DNA of 64,000 nt from assembly GCA_964628055.1 (NCBI GenBank), contig CAZVNL010000004.1:7209-71208 (forward strand), given 5' to 3'. Shown one piece after another: positions 57,062 through 64,000 of the stretch (position 1 is its first letter; the number at the start of each line of letters is the position of its first letter). Origin of the DNA: an uncultured bacterium. Its GTDB lineage: Bacteria; Fidelibacterota; Marinisomatia; Marinisomatales; TCS56. The notes beneath the pieces were generated by a model that did not search any database, was not told the origin of the DNA, and saw only the letters and a list, made by a program, of their open reading frames with translations. The position numbers were made by a program, and so were the translations under genes.

Positions 57062-58092
57062 AATTCGATGACAATGCAGTCAATATTGACTGGGACTCCT
57101 TAACCTTTGATGTCTATCCAACGCGGAGTATGTATTTTGCCACATGTGAGGAAGAGGGTGAATGGAATACGGGGTCTTTAATTCCCTTTGGTCCTATTGA
57201 AATGTCGCCGGCGGCTGGGGCGTTGAATTATGGACAGGGCGTTTTTGAAGGAACGAAAGCCTATCGCACGGTTAGAGACCGCGTAGTCCTGTTTCGTCCG
57301 GAAATGAACGCTAAAAGAATGGCCCATTCCGCGAAGCGATTGTGTATTCCGCCTCCGCCAGAAGACTTTTTTATGGACGCGGTGGAACAAACTGTGCGTG
57401 ACAATATGGCCTACGTGCCTCCCCTGGGGAAAGGTAGCTTATATATCCGCCCCATCGTTTGGGGAACCGGGGCTGTTCTGGGCGTTAAACCAGCGCCTTC
57501 CTATACGTTCATCGTTTACGTTTCCCCCGTGGGCCCGTACTTCAAACACGGTTTAAAGCCCCTGCATCTTACCGTGACCCGCGAGTACCACCGGGCGGCA
57601 CCGAAGGGGATTGGGAATGCCAAAGCCGTTGGGAATTACTCGGCTTCCCTCTACCCGCTGAAATTAGCGAAAGAAAAGGCCTGTGACGAGGTCATCTATC
57701 TTAATGCTACTAATGACCATTATGTGGAAGAAGTGGGATCGGCCAATCTATTTGCACTCATTGGAAATACCTTAAAGACCCCTCAGCTGGCCGGGTCAAT
57801 CTTACCCGGTGTAACCCGGGATTCCGTCTTAACCCTTGCCAGGGAGTGTCTCCATCTAGATGTTCAAGAGACAGACCTTACTCTCGAGGAGCTATTGCAG
57901 GCGGACGAGGCTTTTTGTACTGGTACCGCAGTGGTCGTGACGCCTATTGGCAGGGTTACTTTGGAGAATGAAATCCATACTATCCAGTCCGGGGAAATTG
58001 GCCCGGTGACGGCTGAACTGCGAACCATGCTAATTGATATCCAGCGCGAACGGCGGGATGATCCCTATGGCTGGGTCTATCCCCTCACGTGA
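57058..58092 (+). CDS. ilvE: branched-chain amino acid aminotransferase
   Basis: 344 aa fold-type IV enzyme, with GQGVFEGTKAY, a PLP Lys region and EEVGSANLF. Confidence 0.9.
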   Translation: MKFDDNAVNIDWDSLTFDVYPTRSMYFATCEEEGEWNTGSLIPFGPIEMSPAAGALNYGQGVFEGTKAYRTVRDRVVLFRPEMNAKRMAHSAKRLCIPPPPEDFFMDAVEQTVRDNMAYVPPLGKGSLYIRPIVWGTGAVLGVKPAPSYTFIVYVSPVGPYFKHGLKPLHLTVTREYHRAAPKGIGNAKAVGNYSASLYPLKLAKEKACDEVIYLNATNDHYVEEVGSANLFALIGNTLKTPQLAGSILPGVTRDSVLTLARECLHLDVQETDLTLEELLQADEAFCTGTAVVVTPIGRVTLENEIHTIQSGEIGPVTAELRTMLIDIQRERRDDPYGWVYPLT

Positions 58093-58188
58093 TGATGGAG
58101 TGACTCTACTGATAGACGGCTGTATTTCTTGGCGCAAAGGGGATGAATGAAATGGTTAAAACTGCTCAACGGAGTGTCTCTTAACGGT

Positions 58189-58626
58189 ATGCATCCCCGT
58201 CGTATCGCTCGTGAGACCGTGCTAAAAGCGTTGTACGCCTACCATATCGCTAACGACGAAACAGAAAAGGTTTTACAAGACAGTATCCGTTGGGCTGATC
58301 TCGATCCCGAAACCGCTGACTATGTCCGGAAGCTCTTTAGCACTACCGTGGAACGCCGGGACTGGACTGAAAAGCTGATTAAAAAATACCTGGAAAATTG
58401 GGATTACGAGCGCGTTGCTTTATTAGATCGCTTGATATTAATGATGGCCATTAGTGAAATTTATTTCATGGATGAAATTCCCCCGAAGGTGTCCATTAGT
58501 GAAGCGATTGAGATTGCCAAAGTCTACAGCACCGAAGACAGTTCCGGTTTCGTGAACGGGATATTAGACACTATTTACAAACACAAGTTAGCAGAGAATC
58601 ATGCTGCGAAGGTAAAGGTATCATGA
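58189..58626 (+). CDS. nusB: transcription antitermination factor NusB
   Basis: The product begins RRIARETVLKALYAY and contains SISEAIEIAKVYSTEDSSGFVNGILD. ATG 58189 is preferred over 58147. Confidence 0.9.
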   Translation: MHPRRIARETVLKALYAYHIANDETEKVLQDSIRWADLDPETADYVRKLFSTTVERRDWTEKLIKKYLENWDYERVALLDRLILMMAISEIYFMDEIPPKVSISEAIEIAKVYSTEDSSGFVNGILDTIYKHKLAENHAAKVKVS

Positions 58627-61600
58627 TTACGGGTGTACTAAAACGGATTTTCGGAACCAAGTCGGAACGGGACATCAAGAAGATTCTGCCCCTGGTGGAG
58701 CAAATCAATGCGATTGCCGAAACGTTACATGATCGCTCGGATGAAGAATTAGTTCAGAGGACGGAAACATTTAAACAAGCGATAACTGCTGTGCGTGAGG
58801 CTGCCAAGGCGGAGATCGAAGGAAAGAATCTCGATCGGGAAGAGGCCCATAAATATGTTCATGCAGCAGAACAGAAAAAACTCAATGAGATCCTTCCTGA
58901 AGCTTTTGCCATGGTGAAGGAAACCTGTCGGCGACTGGTAGGAAAAACCTGGAAAGTGCTCGGGCATGAACAAACCTGGGATATGGTGCCGTATGACGTT
59001 CAACTTATCGGCGCCATTGTCCTCCATCAAGGTAAGGTGGCGGAAATGAAAACCGGGGAAGGGAAGACACTGGTAGCTACGATGCCCATGTATTTGAATG
59101 CCCTGACCGGTCGCGGGGTACACCTGGTAACGGTCAACGACTATCTGGCCCAGCGCGATGCGGAGTGGATGGGAGAAATCTACCGACGGTTAGGCCTTAC
59201 GGTTGGGTATATCCTGAATACCATGGACAACGTGGAGCGGCGGGCGGCCTACAACTGCGATATTACCTACGGGACCAACAACGAGTTTGGTTTTGACTAC
59301 TTACGGGATAACATGGCCCTGTCCGCCGAGGATCAGGTTCAACGCGGCCATGCTTATGCCATCGTGGATGAGGTGGATAGCGTCCTGATCGACGAAGCCC
59401 GGACCCCGCTCATAATCTCGGGTTCCGTAGATGCCCCGGTGGATGAGACCGCCATGGAATTAAAGCCCTTAGTCCAGAACCTGGTTCGTAAACAGAATGC
59501 TTTGGTGACCGAATTGGTGCGCGAAGCCTGGGCCTTGATGGAGAAAGGGGAAGGCCAGGAAGCAGGTTTGAAGTTGCTCCAGGCCAGTCGGGGAATGCCG
59601 AAGCACAAGCAGGTCATGAAGATTTTCCAGGAAGCGGGGACGAAGAAGTTGGCCCATAGTGTGGAGTCCGTTTTTCTCCGGGATAAGAAAATGCATGAAG
59701 TGGATGAAGACCTCTACTTCAGTGTCGATGAAAAGACCCATATCATTGATATCACGGAAAAGGGCCGGCAGGTTTTAGCCCCGGACAATCCAGAGACCTT
59801 TGTTATTCCAGACCTGGGTGAGATTCTACATGAAATAGATGCCCGTGAAGATTTATCGCCCCTGGAGAAACAACAGGAAAAGGAAAAAGCCCACCAGTTG
59901 CACGCCGAACGTAGCAGCAGAATCCATACAATGAATCAACTCCTGCGTGCCTACACACTCTATGAAAGGGATGTGGAGTACGTCGTTCAAGACGGCAAGG
60001 TCCTCATCGTGGACGAATTCACCGGGCGTGTTCTTCCCGGCCGCCGGTATAGTGACGGCTTGCACCAGGCTCTGGAAGCCAAAGAAAATGTCACCATCGA
60101 ACGGGAAACCCAGACCCTGGCCACCATCACCATTCAGAATTATTTTCGTCTTTATGACAAATTAGCCGGAATGACCGGTACCGCCGAGACCGAGGCGGAA
60201 GAATTAGGGGGGATTTATAACCTTGACGTGGTAGTCATCCCCACCAACGTACCGGTCATTCGGATCGATCATGAAGATTTAATCTACAAGACCATGCGAG
60301 AGAAATATAACGCCATCATCAATGAGATTGCGGATTGTTATCAGCGGACTCAACCGGCCCTGGTGGGAACCGTTTCCGTGGAGGTGTCAGAACTGTTGTC
60401 GCGAATGTTAAAGCGACGTGGTATTCCCCACAATGTCCTCAACGCAAAACATCACCGTCGCGAAGCGGAGATCGTCATGTGGGCCGGCCAGCGCGGTGCG
60501 GTAACCATCGCCACGAACATGGCGGGACGGGGTACAGACATTAAATTAGGTGAAGGCGTCAAGGAAGTGGGCGGCCTGCACATTATCGGTACGGAACGGC
60601 ACGAGTCCCGACGGATTGATCTCCAGTTGCGGGGGCGTGCGGGACGCCAGGGAGATCCCGGTTCCTCCCGCTTTTACCTTTCCCTTGAGGATGACCTCAT
60701 GCGCCTGTTCAACAGTGAACGGGTTGTCCGGATCATGGATCGCATGGGGGTCGAAGAAGGAGAGGTCATCACCCATCGCATGGTAACGCGGGCCGTGGAA
60801 CGCGCCCAACAGAAAGTAGAAGCCCGTAACTATAGTATCCGCAAGCGCCTTTTGGAATACGACGATGTGATGAATCAGCAACGCCAGGTCGTATACGACA
60901 TCCGCGATCAGGCGGTGAAAGGGGAAAACCTCCGTGGCACCGTGCCCGACCTTTTATCCGATTTTTTAGAAGACGAAATCGAAGCTCAGGAACATCAAGA
61001 TCCCCATCTCTGGAATTGGGAAACCTTACGTCAAAATATAGCTTCGGTACTCTTGGTGGATGTGACCTTCGACCAAATTGTGGAAGAATTAGGGGATGAT
61101 GACATCACCCCGGATCAGATCAAGGAGTTTATTCTCTCGAAGGCCATGGACTTGTACTCCGTTCGGGAGTCGCTGCTCCCGGAAGATGTCATGCGCAGTT
61201 TCGAACGGTTCATCATCTTACGGACCATCGACGAGAAGTGGAAGGATCACCTGTACGCCATGGATCAACTGCGTGAAGGGATTAACTTGCGGGCGTACGG
61301 CCAGAAGGATCCGCTTTTGGAATATAAATCAGAGGGCTTTCATCTCTTTCGAAGCATGATGCGGGATACCACTAAAACAACTTTACAGCGACTCTTCCGG
61401 ACTCAGATTCAGGGAATGGAACAACCTCCTCAATTAAAGACTCCCCAAGCGAGGAACGTCCGCCTACAGCATCAAGATTCGACGGGCATGGGGTTGGCTG
61501 GGCAGCCCCCAACAACCCCGGGCGCTACGGCCACCAACCAACCCCAGCAAGCCACCCGCAAGCCCATCAGGGTCGGGGCCAAGATTGGACGCAATGAGAA

Positions 61601-61694
61601 GATTACGGTGGTGAGCCCTAGTGGAGAAAAAATTCAAATAAAGTACAAAAAACTGCCTCAATTCTTAGAACGAGGTTATACCCAGGTTTCGTAA
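58623..61694 (+). CDS. secA: preprotein translocase ATPase SecA
   Basis: 1023 aa with MKTGEGKTL, DEVDSVLIDEARTPLIISG and TNMAGRGTDI motifs. The C-terminal tail lacks the usual Cys/His zinc ligands. Confidence 0.97.
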   Translation: MITGVLKRIFGTKSERDIKKILPLVEQINAIAETLHDRSDEELVQRTETFKQAITAVREAAKAEIEGKNLDREEAHKYVHAAEQKKLNEILPEAFAMVKETCRRLVGKTWKVLGHEQTWDMVPYDVQLIGAIVLHQGKVAEMKTGEGKTLVATMPMYLNALTGRGVHLVTVNDYLAQRDAEWMGEIYRRLGLTVGYILNTMDNVERRAAYNCDITYGTNNEFGFDYLRDNMALSAEDQVQRGHAYAIVDEVDSVLIDEARTPLIISGSVDAPVDETAMELKPLVQNLVRKQNALVTELVREAWALMEKGEGQEAGLKLLQASRGMPKHKQVMKIFQEAGTKKLAHSVESVFLRDKKMHEVDEDLYFSVDEKTHIIDITEKGRQVLAPDNPETFVIPDLGEILHEIDAREDLSPLEKQQEKEKAHQLHAERSSRIHTMNQLLRAYTLYERDVEYVVQDGKVLIVDEFTGRVLPGRRYSDGLHQALEAKENVTIERETQTLATITIQNYFRLYDKLAGMTGTAETEAEELGGIYNLDVVVIPTNVPVIRIDHEDLIYKTMREKYNAIINEIADCYQRTQPALVGTVSVEVSELLSRMLKRRGIPHNVLNAKHHRREAEIVMWAGQRGAVTIATNMAGRGTDIKLGEGVKEVGGLHIIGTERHESRRIDLQLRGRAGRQGDPGSSRFYLSLEDDLMRLFNSERVVRIMDRMGVEEGEVITHRMVTRAVERAQQKVEARNYSIRKRLLEYDDVMNQQRQVVYDIRDQAVKGENLRGTVPDLLSDFLEDEIEAQEHQDPHLWNWETLRQNIASVLLVDVTFDQIVEELGDDDITPDQIKEFILSKAMDLYSVRESLLPEDVMRSFERFIILRTIDEKWKDHLYAMDQLREGINLRAYGQKDPLLEYKSEGFHLFRSMMRDTTKTTLQRLFRTQIQGMEQPPQLKTPQARNVRLQHQDSTGMGLAGQPPTTPGATATNQPQQATRKPIRVGAKIGRNEKITVVSPSGEKIQIKYKKLPQFLERGYTQVS

Positions 61695-61730
61695 CCTTTC
61701 ATTTCAACCCAATCAGAAGGAGACGCAACG

Positions 61731-62879
61731 GTGAAATTTGATACGAAAGTTGTCCGGGCTGGTATTAAACCTGATCCTACCACCGGGGCCATTGTACCTC
61801 CCATGTACCAGACAGCCACCTATGTTTTGCCAGAAGTAGGGGTGGATTTGGGATATGACTATACCCGGTCGGCCAATCCCACCCGTCAACTATTAGAGGA
61901 AAACCTGGCTGCCATTGAAGGGGGCAGGTACGGTGTCTGTTTTGCCAGCGGTATGGCGACAGTGGATAGTTGCTTAAAACTGTTGCAAGCCGGCGATCAC
62001 TTAATCTGCTCCGACGATGTGTACGGCGGAGTCTCCCGCCTATTCAATAACATCCTGGTAAAATACGATTTGAGTTTTACTTACGTGGATACTTCGGATC
62101 CTGCTAAAGTGGAAGCGGCGGTACGCCCCGAGACAAAAATGCTCTGGGTAGAAACCCCCACCAATCCCCTGTTGAAAGTAACCGACCTGGAAGCCATGGG
62201 AACTATCGCCAAGCGACGAGGCATGTATTATGCCGTGGACTCGACTTTCGCCACACCGGTCTTATTAAACCCCCTGGAGTTCGGAGCCGATATGGTGGTC
62301 CATAGTACCACCAAGTATATCAGCGGCCACAACCAGTTGATTGGGGGGATCGTTATCACGAATCGCGAGGATATCTTTGAAGAAATGAAGTTCATGCAAA
62401 AAACCATCGGGGCCGTTCCCAGTCCTTTCGATTGTTGGTTAACCCTCTTGGGAGTGAAAACCCTCTCTTTGCGGATGATCCGTCATTCTGCGAATGCCCA
62501 GGCGGTGGCGGAATTTTTAGAGGCCCACCCCCAGGTTGACAAGGTGAATTATCCTGGTCTACTGTCACACCCCCAACATGAAGTGGCAGCCCGTCAGATG
62601 AGAGCGTTTAGCGGTATGATCTCTTTTGAATTGAAAGGAGGTATCAAGGCCGGGAAAATTGTAATGAATGGCGTACGCCTGTGCTCTTTAGCGGAAAGTT
62701 TGGGCGCGGTGGAAACCATGATTACCCATCCTGCCACGATGACCCACGTGGATGTTCCCCGGGAGGAACGCCTGGCGCGAGGCCTGAGCGATGGCTTGGT
62801 GCGCATCTCGGTGGGTATTGAAGATGTAGAGGATATTATTGAGGACCTAAAACAGGCTTTTGACCGAATCGAGGAATAG
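61731..62879 (+). CDS. Cys/Met-metabolism PLP enzyme (cystathionine gamma-synthase/beta-lyase family)
   Basis: 382 aa with a GTG start. The PLP-Lys motif is HSTTKYISGH and a C-terminal RISVGIED motif is present. Confidence 0.9.
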   Translation: MKFDTKVVRAGIKPDPTTGAIVPPMYQTATYVLPEVGVDLGYDYTRSANPTRQLLEENLAAIEGGRYGVCFASGMATVDSCLKLLQAGDHLICSDDVYGGVSRLFNNILVKYDLSFTYVDTSDPAKVEAAVRPETKMLWVETPTNPLLKVTDLEAMGTIAKRRGMYYAVDSTFATPVLLNPLEFGADMVVHSTTKYISGHNQLIGGIVITNREDIFEEMKFMQKTIGAVPSPFDCWLTLLGVKTLSLRMIRHSANAQAVAEFLEAHPQVDKVNYPGLLSHPQHEVAARQMRAFSGMISFELKGGIKAGKIVMNGVRLCSLAESLGAVETMITHPATMTHVDVPREERLARGLSDGLVRISVGIEDVEDIIEDLKQAFDRIEE

Positions 62880-63102
62880 TCCGGCGAAAAAATTTCCACC
62901 CAGGTTCCAGGCAATAGAAAAATTCAAAGACCGTTAAAAATTCGATGAATTATCCCCCTAAAAGCCTTACCTTTATCAACACGATTTGGAATCCTAACGT
63001 AGTGAAATGGGTAAAAGGAGCATCTTATTACTATTTGGTCTGGCGGAGGTTGGCGCTTACTCAGTCTACTAGTGAACATAATTTAAAAACCGGAGGTTAT
63101 TA

Positions 63103-64000
63103 ATGAAATTCACCTGGATCAAAAGAGCATTATCGCTCATTGTATTCACCGGGATTGTTACCTTGCAAGCGCAGGACGTCACGGTGACAATTGGTTCTGT
63201 TAATTATCCTGGTTATACGGCTGATGTGGGCGTACCAGTCATACTCGATAACCCCAATGACTATGTTTCGGGAATCCAATTTGACTTACTGGCCGATCCC
63301 AATATAATCAATCTGACGGGTGTCACCACGGTAGGTTCAGCCAGTGGTTTCATCGCCGATTTTAACACCTTGTCTGATGGCTCGAACCGGGTCATCTTTT
63401 ACAATGCCACCACAAATGATTCTCTACCCCTCTCCGCCGATACGGTAATGATTTTGCATTACGATGGCAGCGCCATTGTTTCGGCCGTTATCGATCTTTT
63501 AATTTCGAATGTTTTGGTGAGTGATCCCGGTGGTAATGCCTTAGCGGCGACGGGCGTAAATGGTGCTATAGAATTGGGGAACGTGGTCAGCCTCAGCCTG
63601 AGCGATACAACTGGCGATGCCAATGAGAATGTGGATTTGACCGTGAATATGGATAATGGTGGGGCGGTCGGCGGCCTCCAGTTCGATCTTTTTGATTTTC
63701 CTGATTATGTTACGGTGGATTCTCTCTGGACAACGCCGCGCACAACCGACTTCACGATTTCTTCCACGGAAATAGGTTCCGGCACCAGGATTCTGCTCTA
63801 TAGCACCACCAACAGCAATATTGCCCCTGGTAACGGGCCTATACTGAATATCCGCTATGCCATTAACCCCGATGCTTATGCCGACGATGTGGTTATCAAT
63901 TTTGCCAACGTCACCGTTACCGATAGCATCGGAGGGGTCTACTGGATCGCCGGGTTGGACTCGGGAGTCGTTACAGTTTATCCCGGTTACCTGGAGGAGC
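63103..64000 (+). CDS. partial CDS (3' end outside window): secreted protein with two tandem cohesin-like domains
   Basis: ATG 63103 follows GGAGG. The signal is MKFTWIKRALSLIVFTGIVTLQAQ. The two modules are marked by VSGIQFDLLADPNIINL and VGGLQFDLFDFPDYVTV. The frame is open to the window end. It is absent from the ORF track because no stop lies in the window. Confidence 0.7.
   Translation, partial: MKFTWIKRALSLIVFTGIVTLQAQDVTVTIGSVNYPGYTADVGVPVILDNPNDYVSGIQFDLLADPNIINLTGVTTVGSASGFIADFNTLSDGSNRVIFYNATTNDSLPLSADTVMILHYDGSAIVSAVIDLLISNVLVSDPGGNALAATGVNGAIELGNVVSLSLSDTTGDANENVDLTVNMDNGGAVGGLQFDLFDFPDYVTVDSLWTTPRTTDFTISSTEIGSGTRILLYSTTNSNIAPGNGPILNIRYAINPDAYADDVVINFANVTVTDSIGGVYWIAGLDSGVVTVYPGYLEE

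Overview
This 64-kb chromosomal window is about 50% GC and comes from a Gram-negative bacterium. The organism is probably an FCB-superphylum or candidate-phylum member, because a secreted M23 peptidase carries a T9SS-type C-terminal sorting domain and the window holds Omp85, TatT-like and CsgG-like envelope genes. Most of the window is ordinary housekeeping DNA. It includes a complete F1Fo ATP synthase operon (atpZ/I-B-E-F-H-A-G-D-C), secDF, secA, nusB, aspS, dinB, ogt, plsX and plsY. It also includes kbl-tdh, a parA-parB-M23-bactofilin cluster, phoH and a thiolase/acyl-CoA dehydrogenase/ilvE block. I found no CRISPR array, rRNA, intact mobile element or recognisable defence system. Nine items are not routine. 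(1) A GrdB-family selenoprotein whose in-frame UGA and downstream hairpin were split into two ORFs by the ORF track. (2) A single-polypeptide FakA(Dak2)-DegV fusion translationally coupled to plsY. (3) An AT-rich decayed integrative remnant at the 3' side of tRNA-Arg(UCU), holding an integron-integrase-like N-terminal fragment and a frameshifted HNH-endonuclease-family gene. (4) Two further point-inactivated genes: an EamA transporter with two nonsense codons and a frameshift, and a small membrane protein split by an in-frame TAG. (5) A phosphorylase-superfamily protein with an unknown C-terminal extension, overlapping an SPL-family radical SAM gene. (6) A radical SAM protein with CX4CX2C cysteine spacing. 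(7) A five-gene envelope operon (TatT-like, YtfI-like, GerW/YtfJ, TPR, CsgG-like). (8) A small internally duplicated basic protein with its own promoter, palindrome and terminator. (9) A 600-bp gene-poor stretch with two coupled mini-ORFs. All family assignments come from motif recognition by eye and no database search was run.
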